DNA of 64,000 nt from Octopus sinensis (lineage: Eukaryota), in the NCBI RefSeq assembly GCF_006345805.1, contig NC_043003.1:13268001-13332000 (forward strand), in the 5' to 3' direction. The translations under genes and the position numbers were made by a program. Positions within the stretch are counted from its first letter, which is position 1; every line of letters begins with the position of its first letter. Below are positions 56,494 to 63,520 of the stretch, one piece after another. The notes below the pieces were generated by a model that worked only from the letters and a program-made list of their open reading frames with translations, was not told where the DNA came from and did not search any database.

Positions 56494-57170
56494 TTTTTCT
56501 TTATGTATTTGTGTGTCTTTGTTTGTTGCCCCACCATCGCTTGACAACCGCTGTTGGTTTGTTTACATTGCCATAACTTAGTGGTTCAGCAAAAGAAACT
56601 GATAGAATAAGTACCAGGCTTACAAAGAGTAAGTTCTGGTGTCGATTTCTTCAACTAAAACCCTTTAAGGTGATGCTCCAGCATAGCCACTGTCAAATGA
56701 CTGAAACAAGTAAGAAAAATAGAGAGGTGTGGTTGTGTGGTAAGTAGCTTGCTTACCAGCCACATGGTTCCGGGTTCAGTCCCACTGCGTGACACCTTGG
56801 GCAAGTGTCTTCTACTATAGCCTCAGGCCGACCAAAGCCTTGTGAGTGGATTTGATAGACAGAAACTGAAAGAAGCCCGTCGTATATATGTGTGTATATA
56901 TATATATATTATATATATATATATGTAAGTGTGTGTATATGTTTGTCCCCCCAGCATTGCTTGACAACCGATGCTGGTGTGTTTACGTCCCCATAACTTA
57001 GCAGTTCAGCAAAAGAAACCGATAGAATAAGTACTAGGCTTACAAAGAATAAGTCCTGGGGTCGATTTGCTCGACTAAAGGCGGTGCTCTAGCATGGCCA
57101 CAGTCAAATGACTGAAACAAGTAAAGAGAGTAAATCTATGAAACATGTACAAAGAAAGAGAGAGAGAGAA

Positions 57171-57214
<44 letters not shown>

Positions 57215-60200
57215 CGAAGGAGCGAGAGACAAAGACAGAGAGAGGTGAGGGAGAGGAAAAGAAACATACTGAGATGCTAAGGTATATTAATATTCGTTTG
57301 TGCTATTTTATTTTTCTTTTTTTTTTTTTTAACTAGGTCTTGTTCGAAGGTATTCGTGGTTACAACAGTAGAGTTATTATTGCTCTGGACGATGTCAAAG
57401 TTTCTCAAACAGCTTGTGAACCGTTAGCTTCCTGTAACTTTGAAGAAGGTTTCTGTGGCTGGTTTAACAACCATCTTACTATAGGCCGTAGTATGAATTG
57501 GGTCATCAGAACAGGACACTACAGAAGAACTAAACTGGAACCACCAATTGATCATACTGCAGGAGATTCATCAGGTATTTCTCTTGCAAATTTTGATAAA
57601 GAATATATATTCATCGTGAAGTATATTTACCACTTAAATGTGGCTAACCCATAAGGGTGGATGCTACTGTAGCTTGTAGCCCTAGGAGGACACCTCCTCC
57701 AGCTGGCTATTGACACACTCTCTGTAGGGCACAGAAAGTGCATCAATAGCCAGCTGGAGTAGGCGTCATCCTGGGGCTACAAGCTACAGTAGCATCCACC
57801 CTTAAGGGTTAGCCACAGGAGGATACCTCCTCCAGCTGGCTATTGACACACTTTCTGTAGGGCACAGAAAGTGCGTCAATAGCCAGCTGGAGGAGGCGTC
57901 ATCCTGGGGCTACAAGCTACAGTAGCATCCACCCTTAAGGGTTAGCCACAGGAGGATACCTCCTCCAGCTGGCTATTGACACACTTTCTGTAGGGCACAG
58001 AAAGTGTGTCGATAGCCAGCTGGAGGAGGCGTCATCCTGGGGCTACAAGCTACAGTAGCAACCACCCTTAAGGCTTAGCCACATTTAAGGGGCAAATATA
58101 CTTCACAATGTCGTGCAGCTACTGTTTATACCTCGCTCAGAGATTTATTATTGAATATTTATTCAGTTTTAATTTTATTAACATAGACACAGGTAAGAAG
58201 CTTGCTTCCCAACCACATGGTTCCGGGTTCAATCCCCACTTGGGCAAGTGTCTTCTACTATAGCCACTGGCCAACCAAAGCCTTGTGAGTGGGTCTGGTA
58301 GACAGAATCTGAAAGAAGCCCATCGTATATGTGTGCGTCTATGTATTTATGTGTGTGTGTCTTTGTGTCTGTGTTTGTCCCCACACCATTGCTTGAGAAC
58401 CGATGTTGGTGTGTTTATGTCCCTGTAACCTAGCAGTTCAGTAAAAGAGACCATTACAAAAAGTACTAGGCTTACAAAGAGCAAGTGCTGGGGTCGGTTT
58501 CTTCGACTAAAACCCTTTAAGGTGGTGCTCTAGCATGGCCACAGTCAAATGGCTGAAACAAGTAAAAGAATAAAAGAATGGGACCAATATTAAGAATTCT
58601 TGAGAATTAATACTATTAATACTAATAAGCAACAGTGTTTTAATAGGGTGAATTGTGTAAATATTTGATTTGCCTGTTCAAAGGTTATAAGGTCTTTTCT
58701 GTTGTTTGTAGGAGCAATTATTTTTTATATGAGACATTTTGGCACAGCCTCTTCGGCATTGCTGATTCGGCACTGATGTGTTTGACATCAGACATTTCAA
58801 TGTTTCTCCTGTTCACTCTCCACTCTCTCTCTCTCTCTCTCTCTCTTATCTCTTCTCTCTCTCTCCAAACCCCTTTCTTTCTCTCCCTCTTACCTCCTCT
58901 CTCTCGCTCCTAACTCCTCTCTTTCCCTCACCCTCTCTCCCACCCTCTCTCTCCCACCCTCTCTCTCCCGCCCTCTCTCTCTTACCTCCTCTGTCTTTCC
59001 TAACCTCTCTCTCCACCCTCTCCCTCCTACCCCCACCCTCTCTCTCCTATCCCCCACTCTCTCTCTCTCTCCTCCATTATGTGTCTGAGCACATTTCTCT
59101 TTATGCTTATGAGGAGAGAGAAAGCGTTTATGTCAGTCATGTTCAATTGATAAATTGTAATCGCTCTGTCTCTGTCTGTCTCTCTCTCTCTCTTTCACTC
59201 TTTCTGTCTGTATGTGTGTGTGAAAGAAATAATTGAAAGAAACACAGAGCATCTTAAAACAAATGCAGTAACAAAAGGGTTAAAGCTATTGGCTGCCCAA
59301 AGCTTTGCGAATAAATTTTGTAGGGTAGACAGAAACTGAAAAAAACCCCTATCATGTGTGTGTGTGTTTGTGTGCATGTGTGCACATGTGTGCTTGCATG
59401 CACACATGCACGAAATTGTGTGTGTGTGTGTGTGTGTGCATGTGTAAGCGTATTGGTCTGTATTTATCCCCAGTAGGTGCAGAAGTGACTGTGTGGTAAG
59501 TAGCTTGCTTACCAACCACATGGTTCCGGGTTCAGTTCCACTGCGTGGCACCTTGGTCAAGTGTCTTCTACTATAGCATCAGGCCAACCAAAGCCTTGTG
59601 AGTGGATTTGGTAGACAGAAACTGAAAGAAGCCTGTCGTATATAAGTATATATATATGTATGTATGTATGTGTGTGTGTATATGTTTGTGTGTCTGTGTT
59701 TGTCCCCCATCATCGCTTGACAACTGATGCTGGTGTGTTTACATCCTTGTCACTTAGCGGTTCAGCAAAAGAGACTGATAGAATAAGTTCTAGGCTTACA
59801 AAGAATAAGTCCTGGGGTCAATTTGTTCAACTAAAGGTGGTGCTCCAGCATGGCTGCAGTCAAATGACTAAAACAAGTAAAAGAGTACTGCTTGACAACC
59901 GGTGTTGGTTTGTTTAGGTCTCCCTAACTTAGCAGTTCATCAAAAGACACATAGAATAAGTATCAGGCTTAACAAAAAAAATAAGTATTGGAGGTTGATC
60001 CATTTGACTAAAATTCTTCAAGGCAGTGCCCTAGCATGGCCACAGTCTAATGACTGAAAGAAAAAAAACAAAAAAAACCCTAGATTTTTCTGTTAATCCT
60101 TTCCATTTTCTCTTTCTTCCTTTCTTTTATTCAGGTTCTTATGCTCATATTTATTCCAGTAGAACGAGTAAAGGTAGGGCTGCCTACCTTGAATCTCAGA

Positions 60201-60695
60201 TGGTTCCTTATGAAGAATCACCACGCTTCTGCTTCCACTTTTGGCATTATATGTATGGCACAGATGCCGGTTTACTTACTGTTTATGTTCACTATCATGG
60301 TCGATCCCTTAAGGCGATATGGACAAGAAACAACACTATCAGCCACCAGTGGGTTGAAGAACATGTTACGGTTGGCAGTCAGTATATAAACTTTGAAGTA
60401 AGTTATTCGTGTAATTCTTTTACATTTTTCTTCGGCCGAATTCTTTCTATATCTTTTCTTGTTTTGCTTTTAAATACACCACCTACAAAGCTTCTTTTCC
60501 CCTGACCCTTGTGTTTTGGTGTGCGTAATATCAATCTATCTTCTTGTCTGTATATGTATTTAAAAAAGAGTAAAGACCCCCTTTGGTCATGAATGACCAT
60601 GGGATTGCACCTAGAAAGTTACCCTCCTAGGCACAAGCCTGGGCAAGGTTGTTTATGGAAGACCAGCAGTCGCTCATGCACGTCAGCCATATATA

Positions 60696-60731
<36 letters not shown>

Positions 60732-60755
60732 TGTATGTATGTATGTATGTATGTA

Positions 60756-60820
<65 letters not shown>

Positions 60821-61961
60821 CAGGCAGTTGTGAGCAATGGAGCCACCTACAAGGAAACGCAAATAACAAGCGGTGTCCCACAGGGCACTGTCTTGGGGCC
60901 ACTGATGTTCATAGTGGCCCTTTCAGACATGCCTTCAGTTGCTACGATGACTACCCTTGCTAGCTATGCAGATGACACAAAAGTCTCCCACGCAATACAA
61001 AACCCTGAAAATATTGCACATCTGCAACAGGAGCTGGACACAATATACAGGTGGGCTGAGGACAACAACATGCAGTTTAATGCAGGTAAGTTCCAGGCCC
61101 TGCGCTACTGGCACACAAAGGTAAACGACGTGCCAACTGGATACATTGGCCCAGGAAGAATTGCAATCCCTGAGTCAAAATCAGTGCGTGACCTGGGCAT
61201 TGACATGAGCAATGATGCATCTTTCCAAGTGCATATTGCTAATCTGGTGATAAAATGCAGACGGCTAGCTGGAGGGATTCTCCGAACTTTCAGAACAAGA
61301 GAGAAGGAGACACTGATGATCCTATGGAAAACATTCATCCTCAGCCGCTTGGACTACTGCTCCCAACTGTGGTCACCACACAATATAAAACTAACAGCAG
61401 AACTTGAAGCAATTCAGAGAAGCTACACAAAGAAAATCATCTCAATGCAAAATATCAGCTACTGGGAAAGACTGAAGGTATTAAACCTCTTCTCCCTTGA
61501 GCGGAGGCGGGAGAGATATGCGGTGATATACATCTGGAAAATCCTGGAGGGTCTTGTCCCAAACTTTGGCATTCAAAGTTACCCCAACCGCAGAACGGGG
61601 CGCCACTGCATGGTGCCAAGGATTCCAACATCACCATCAAGTACAGGTCCAGATACTGCAACAGCTTGGGTTTCAGAGGACCACAGCTCTTTAACATCCT
61701 CCCTAAATGCCTGAGAGACTTACATGGTGTGGATGTGGGTTTCTTTAAAACTAAACTGGATCTCTTCTTGTCAGGAGTCCCAGATGAACCTACCTCACAA
61801 CAGGAGACGCAGATGCGGGCAGCAGCATCGAACTCCCTTGTTGATCAGTTGCCACGTATCAGAGGTGGATTCACAAATTAGTGTAGCTCATTCAGCGGTG
61901 GTGCCCCAGCATGGCCGCGGCCTTCGGGCTAAAACATTTTTAAGGATTTAAGGATTTAAGG

Positions 61962-61992
<31 letters not shown>

Positions 61993-61996
61993 CGCG

Positions 61997-62030
<34 letters not shown>

Positions 62031-62414
62031 CATTTATACATATATACATGTATACATACATATACATATACATATATATATATATATGTATGTATATATA
62101 TATGTGTGTCTTTCAAAATGTGACCTCGTGTGTACCGTTGGCGATTTTTTTCCTCTGTCTTCCCTTCTCTGGATCTTTCCTTCTCCTATGTTTCCGACAA
62201 AGAGCTCCGCTCGAAACGTTAAACCCTCCTTCTTTCCTGAGCGTCCAATAATACTATATTTGTTCCACGTCCTCGCGTTGTTGTGTTTTTTTGTGTTTTC
62301 TTGTTTGGATTAACTTTATATATGTATATATATGTATATATATGTATATATGTATATATATGTATATATGTATATATATATATGTATGTATACATATATG
62401 TATGTATGTATACA

Positions 62415-62445
<31 letters not shown>

Positions 62446-63520
62446 GGGCCATGGAAGTCCTCCAAAGTGAAGGCGTCCAGGGCCCTTGTTGTCTCACCTT
62501 TCATATTCTCAATGTCCTCAAAACAACTGCACCTCAGGTCCTCTATTAACTTGGTGAACAATCAAGCGACAGGGAGCAACTCTGGACTGTTGCGAAAGTG
62601 AGGGACAACTTTTATACCCAATAATTATATATAGATACGATCAAGGGGATAAGTACAATCTGAATGTGTAAATGAAGCGCCACATCAGCACTTCATGTAT
62701 GAAGCTGGTTCGCATAGCATTCCAGCAACCAAAGGAAGGTCAGTTAAACCTCAATGAATAAGTGAAGGGAGAAATACACGAACCCAAGGTATGTTTGTTC
62801 CAGTAGCCATGTTATAAGCTTCACAGAACGAATAATAATTAATTTAATTAAAGAAATGAGCAGTCAATTGATATTATATGGCTTCTGTGCCAGTGGCACG
62901 TAAAAAGCACCAACCGATCATGGCCGTTGCCAGCCTTTCCTGGCACCTGTGCTGGTGGCACGTAAAAAGCACCATCTGTAAGTGGCAGATGCCAACGCCG
63001 CCTTGACTGGCTTCAGTGCCGGTGGCACCTAAAAAGCACCAACTGATCGTGGCCATTGCCAGCCTCCCCTGGCACCTGTGCTGGTGGCACGTAAATAGCA
63101 CCCACTACACTCATGGAGTGGTTGGCATTAAGAAGGGTATCCAGCCATAGAAACACTGCCGGATTAGACTGGAGCCTGGTGCAGCCTCCTGGCTTCCCAG
63201 ACCCCTGTTGAACCATCCAACCCATGCTTGCATGGAAAACGGACATTAAACGATGATGATGATGTATTACTTGCATATAATATACATTCCTTGCCACATA
63301 TGTTAGATTACTTACATCTTTCGTTATTTTAGGAAAATGATGCATCTAGTCCCTTTTTAAGAAAAGCTTGGGGAAGCTGAAATAAAAACAAACATTTCCT
63401 CAGTAGTATTCACCAAGTTATGTTCCTGTTTATTTCAGATGGTTATCGGAAGTATTGCTGGTAGTAATGGAAGCATAGCCATTGATGATGTGATGCTAAT
63501 GAAAGGTTTATGCCCCAATG
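197..63520 (+). CDS. Multi-exon gene (partial, 22 exons in window) encoding a tandem MAM-domain array protein (MALRD/MAMDC-like, 9 MAM domains seen)
   Basis: 22 exons bounded by AG/GT with compatible phases, joined length 4344 nt. Repeating MAM motifs CxFE..C.W, GPxxDHT, GxYxY, CLxFWYxMYG, W...GxQGxxW, xFE...IAxDDI...C. No start or stop codon in window. Confidence 0.92.
860..1256 (-). mobile_element. Mariner transposase N-terminal fragment
   Basis: [42 protein letters not shown]. Confidence 0.75.
2876..2963 (+). CDS. MAM gene exon 2 (domain A end)
   Basis: ttttag|ATC..GAAA|gtaagt; [29 protein letters not shown]; phase 0 to 1. Confidence 0.9.
3170..3648 (+). mobile_element. 3'-end fragment of the same RTE LINE family (3'UTR repeats plus (ATG)n tail)
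   Basis: gtggcacgtaaaaagcacc-type repeats followed by gagtggttggcgttaggaagggcatcc..gctagcatggaaa..atgatgatg, as in 29137..29755. Further copies at about 1300-1525, 5598-5950(-), 16700-17035, 17880-18355, 23310-23625(-), 28442-28640(-), 32130-32295, 37570-37800(-), 45740-46020, 54280-54485, 62880-63265. Confidence 0.85.
4495..4930 (+). mobile_element. LINE (RTE-like) 3' end encoding three C2H2 zinc fingers, copy 1
   Basis: [21 protein letters not shown], (C)[32 protein letters not shown]; frameshifted; near-identical copy at 39370. Confidence 0.7.
4995..5310 (+). mobile_element. CR1 LINE 3' fragment with (AATTG)n tail
   Basis: [32 protein letters not shown] matches the CR1 C-terminal motif GH..K...R..FS.RV...W..LP. 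Confidence 0.75.
6621..6868. repeat. Long imperfect foldback palindrome
   Basis: TAAGCAACAAGTATATCC.. / ..GGATATACTTGTGGCTTA, arms about 110-125 bp, centre TATAGAAAATTTCTATA twice. Confidence 0.88.
7307..7719 (+). CDS. MAM gene exon 3 (domain B)
   Basis: atccag|AT..ACG|gtaagc; [53 protein letters not shown]. Confidence 0.92.
10060..10150 (+). CDS. MAM gene exon 4 (domain B end)
   Basis: cctcag|GTC..CCAG|gtacat; [30 protein letters not shown]. Confidence 0.9.
10191..10729. repeat. About 26-bp minisatellite (about 20 units)
   Basis: Unit consensus GTGCTTTTTACATGGCACCA(G/T)CACCA. Confidence 0.88.
12162..12583 (+). CDS. MAM gene exon 5 (domain C)
   Basis: actcag|GT..CAG|gtaaag; [48 protein letters not shown]. 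Confidence 0.92.
12623..12950. repeat. Compound (CAT/CAC)n-(TCT)n microsatellite; similar tract at 42870-43380
   Basis: Trinucleotide tracts visible directly. Confidence 0.9.
13195..13575 (-). mobile_element. tRNA-derived SINE family A, full length
   Basis: Head GTGGAGGCGCAATGGCCCAGTGGTTAGGGCAGC with A box and B box (GTTTCGATTCC); 13-bp TSD TCTTTTCATATAA. Other copies about 2408-2722, 11185-11366, 40800-40989. Confidence 0.88.
13660..14313 (-). mobile_element. Probable solo LTR interrupted by a SINE
   Basis: Minus strand starts TGTAGT, other end T(A)TAGT; TATATAA at 14173-14179 precedes AATAAA at 13725-13730; no clean TSD. Confidence 0.45.
13883..14109 (+). mobile_element. tRNA-derived SINE family D monomer
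   Basis: Head GGCGAGCTGGCAGAAAC.TTAGCAC, B box GAGTTCAAATTCC, central GCCTTTCATCCTTTCGGGGTCGATAAA; 16-bp TSD GGTATTCAGCCAGCAC. Many copies, some multimeric (26591-27007, 27650-28248, 50071-50489). Confidence 0.88.
14429..14945 (-). mobile_element. RTE-clade LINE 3' fragment with (TGA)n tail
   Basis: [42 protein letters not shown]. Confidence 0.8.
15075..15520. mobile_element. Head-to-head pair of a tRNA-headed short element with a Penelope-type hammerhead-like tail
   Basis: Arms are mutual reverse complements around about 15303. Each has TGGCATAGTGG A box, GAGTTC(G/T)ATTCC B box, (TAA)n, then GAAAAATACCTTAGGAATGAGAAC..CACCTGA. Confidence 0.75.
15111..15156 (-). ncRNA. Degenerate minimal type-I hammerhead ribozyme motif
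   Basis: GGCAC-CTGAAAA-A-GGCTG(loop)CAGCC-GAAA-CA-TT-GTGTT: stems I and II pair, core has G8>A. The copy at 45256-45293 retains CTGATGA. Confidence 0.55.
15715..15832 (+). CDS. MAM gene exon 6 (domain C end plus linker)
   Basis: ttccag|TTA..TCAG|gtaagc; [39 protein letters not shown]. Confidence 0.9.
15950..16620 (-). mobile_element. Degenerate CR1 LINE 3' fragment
   Basis: Minus-strand translation with stops: [54 protein letters not shown]. Confidence 0.75.
18001..18308 (+). mobile_element. tRNA-derived SINE family A2 (A-like head, different tail)
   Basis: Head GTGGAGGCACATGGCCTAGTGGTTAGAGC, tail ..GAGAAGGAACAAAC; TSD AACATGG(G/A)CAACA inside a LINE 3' fragment. Other copies about 11660-11955, 28826-29135, 52812-53110. 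Confidence 0.88.
18433..18555 (+). CDS. MAM gene exon 7 (domain D start)
   Basis: gtacag|AA..TCAG|gtgaat; [41 protein letters not shown]. Confidence 0.85.
19280..19880. repeat. 19-bp minisatellite (about 30 units)
   Basis: Unit GAGACCAGCTGCACTTGTA. Confidence 0.88.
20043..20299 (+). CDS. MAM gene exon 8 (domain D core)
   Basis: ttgtag|GG..ATG|gtaaga; [45 protein letters not shown]. Confidence 0.9.
22110..22660. repeat. Complex (TG)-derived tract with higher-order repeats
   Basis: Marker TACGTGTGTGCGAAT recurs three times, 165-200 bp apart. Confidence 0.75.
23096..23186 (+). CDS. MAM gene exon 9 (domain D end)
   Basis: tttcag|CTG..CCAC|gtatgt; [30 protein letters not shown]. Confidence 0.88.
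24344..24463 (+). CDS. MAM gene exon 10 (domain E start)
   Basis: atgcag|GT..TCAG|gtattt; [39 protein letters not shown]. Confidence 0.9.
24965..25207 (+). mobile_element. Second, more diverged R4/Dong-like 3' fragment in TAA repeats
   Basis: [25 protein letters not shown]; TAA repeats on both sides. Confidence 0.5.
25598..26010 (+). mobile_element. R4/Dong-like RLE non-LTR retrotransposon 3' fragment with (TAA)n tail
   Basis: IIDIACP.D..V..KE..K..RY..L..E...LW....[22 protein letters not shown] is a restriction-like endonuclease C-terminus. Confidence 0.75.
27191..27459 (+). CDS. MAM gene exon 11 (domain E core)
   Basis: tctcag|GT..AAG|gtattt; [45 protein letters not shown]. Confidence 0.9.
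29137..32098 (-). mobile_element. 5'-truncated RTE-clade LINE with open RT ORF (29756..32116, 786 aa), about 600-nt 3'UTR and (ATG)n tail
   Basis: ORF has RT motifs (GKAPG, NYRGI.LL, QFGF, F.D.EKAFD, GV.QGS.LSP, YADD at 30701..30712, YLG) and an RTE-like C-terminus ([24 protein letters not shown]). The APE endonuclease is missing. CAT-repeat tail at 29137..29166. Confidence 0.92.
32367..32584. mobile_element. piggyBac-type MITE
   Basis: TTAA|CCCTTTTGTTAC ... GTAACAAAAGGG|TTAA; one end also seen at about 59230-59284. Confidence 0.85.
32900..33375 (-). mobile_element. HERO/NeSL-like RLE retrotransposon 3' fragment
   Basis: Minus-strand translation with stops: [48 protein letters not shown]. 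Confidence 0.65.
34095..34323 (+). CDS. MAM gene exon 12 (domain E end fused to domain F start)
   Basis: tttcag|CTG..TCAG|gtaagc; [48 protein letters not shown]. Confidence 0.92.
35161..35486. repeat. Apparently identical 166-bp tandem duplication bounded by (TG)n
   Basis: Same block starts at 35161 and 35327. Confidence 0.85.
36389..36514 (+). CDS. MAM gene exon 13 (domain F)
   Basis: tttcag|GT..AAAG|gtatgt; [42 protein letters not shown]. Confidence 0.9.
37944..38201 (+). CDS. MAM gene exon 14 (domain F end plus Thr/Pro linker)
   Basis: tttaag|GT..AGAG|gtgagt; [54 protein letters not shown]. Confidence 0.9.
38696..38770. repeat. Short hairpin repeat
   Basis: 26-bp arms AAAATATTTTTGTCGCTTTGAGACCA / TGGTCTCAAAGCAACGAAAATATTTT. 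Confidence 0.7.
39370..39825 (+). mobile_element. LINE (RTE-like) 3' end encoding three C2H2 zinc fingers, copy 2, with poly(A) tail
   Basis: [21 protein letters not shown] / [21 protein letters not shown] / [22 protein letters not shown]; ends ggcagccat(A)n. Confidence 0.75.
41429..41575 (+). CDS. MAM gene exon 15 (domain G start)
   Basis: gttcag|AT..TTTG|gtaaga; [31 protein letters not shown]. Confidence 0.88.
41621..42809 (-). mobile_element. Near full-length decayed mariner transposon
   Basis: TIRs tca(a/g)gtcatcccataagt at both ends, TA on the left flank. Transposase pieces [31 protein letters not shown]; multiple frameshifts. Confidence 0.88.
43497..43833. mobile_element. hAT (Buster/Charlie-type) MITE
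   Basis: TIR CAGTGGTTCCCAAA / TTTGGGAACCACTG; perfect 8-bp TSD CTATACAT with central TA. Confidence 0.9.
43899..44416. mobile_element. Tc1/pogo-type MITE
   Basis: TIR CC(A/G)TAAATCCTCGAGTATA(G/A)TCCGC at both ends; TA TSD both sides. Confidence 0.88.
44471..44727 (+). CDS. MAM gene exon 16 (domain G core)
   Basis: tttcag|GA..AAG|gtaagt; [29 protein letters not shown]. Confidence 0.9.
46322..46409 (+). CDS. MAM gene exon 17 (domain G end)
   Basis: ccacag|GTT..ATAA|gtatgt; [29 protein letters not shown]. Confidence 0.88.
46931..47149. mobile_element. hAT (Buster-type) MITE inserted in a SINE head
   Basis: TIR CAGTGGTTTTCAA / TTGAAAAGCACTG; TSD CTCTAAGC / CTCTAACC. Confidence 0.85.
48175..48703. 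repeat. Palindromic (foldback/MITE-like) element hosting a hAT MITE
   Basis: TGTCTGGGGAGAGTCATTCTCTTTT.. / ..AAAAGAGAATGACTCTCCCCAGACA. Confidence 0.8.
48336..48648. mobile_element. hAT MITE nested in a palindromic element
   Basis: TIR TAGTGGCAGACT / AGTCCGCCACTG; TSD CCGGTGAG / CCAGTGAG. Confidence 0.8.
50710..50847 (+). CDS. MAM gene exon 18 (domain H start)
   Basis: tttcag|AT..TATG|gtgatt (weaker donor); [30 protein letters not shown]. Confidence 0.85.
53755..54090 (-). mobile_element. tRNA-derived SINE family B
   Basis: Head AAGGCGCATGGCTCAGTGGTTAGAGC (consensus), tail ..GTCATTCATGACC.AAGGGG. Other copies about 1-66, 1688-2192, 2215-2407, 46700-47433, 60577-60690. Confidence 0.85.
54583..54839 (+). 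CDS. MAM gene exon 19 (domain H core)
   Basis: tttcag|GC..CAG|gtaagc; [31 protein letters not shown]. Confidence 0.9.
54931..55348. repeat. 17-bp minisatellite (about 24 units)
   Basis: Unit TTTTAAAGGGGCAGCAC. Confidence 0.92.
55462..55686. mobile_element. Second piggyBac-type MITE family copy
   Basis: TTAA flanks, right end ..AAAGGG|TTAA; same family split at 44738..46245. Confidence 0.65.
56725..57130 (+). mobile_element. tRNA-derived SINE family C (CORE-like ACCTTGGGCAAGT, internal TA/TG microsatellite)
   Basis: Head GTGGCTGTGTGGTAAGTAGCTTGC..GGTTCAGTCCC, tail GGTGCTCCAGCATGGCC.CAGTCAAATGACTGAAAC. Roughly 15 or more copies/fragments, e.g. 20330-20765(-), 25208-25597, 36570-36945(-), 40100-40615(-), 56305-56715, 58190-58580, 59480-60065. 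Confidence 0.88.
57337..57574 (+). CDS. MAM gene exon 20 (domain H end fused to domain I start)
   Basis: aactag|GTC..TCAG|gtattt; [47 protein letters not shown]. Confidence 0.92.
57612..58110. repeat. Palindromic element with three tandem 133-bp units
   Basis: Terminal inverted repeats from 57612 and to 58110; unit starts at 57684, 57817, 57950; each unit has an internal hairpin. Confidence 0.88.
60135..60397 (+). CDS. MAM gene exon 21 (domain I core)
   Basis: attcag|GT..GAA|gtaagt; [38 protein letters not shown]. Confidence 0.9.
60820..61962 (+). mobile_element. 5'-truncated CR1/L2-group LINE (RT C-half, one frameshift near 61640) with (TTTAAGGA)n tail
   Basis: [50 protein letters not shown]; ORFs 60830..61714 and 61666..61881 overlap in different frames. 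Confidence 0.88.
62190..62224 (+). ncRNA. Degenerate minimal hammerhead motif in a Penelope-like repeat
   Basis: GTTT-CCGACAA-A-GAGC(TCC)GCTC-GAAA-CG-TT-AAAC with palindromic AACGTT. Confidence 0.5.
62447..62630 (-). mobile_element. Mariner transposase C-terminal fragment
   Basis: [36 protein letters not shown]...EDF resembles the YSPDLAP..LF.KLK..L...F.....K region. Confidence 0.55.
63439..63520 (+). CDS. MAM gene exon 22 (domain I end)
   Basis: tttcag|ATG..AATG|gtaagt; [27 protein letters not shown]. Confidence 0.88.
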
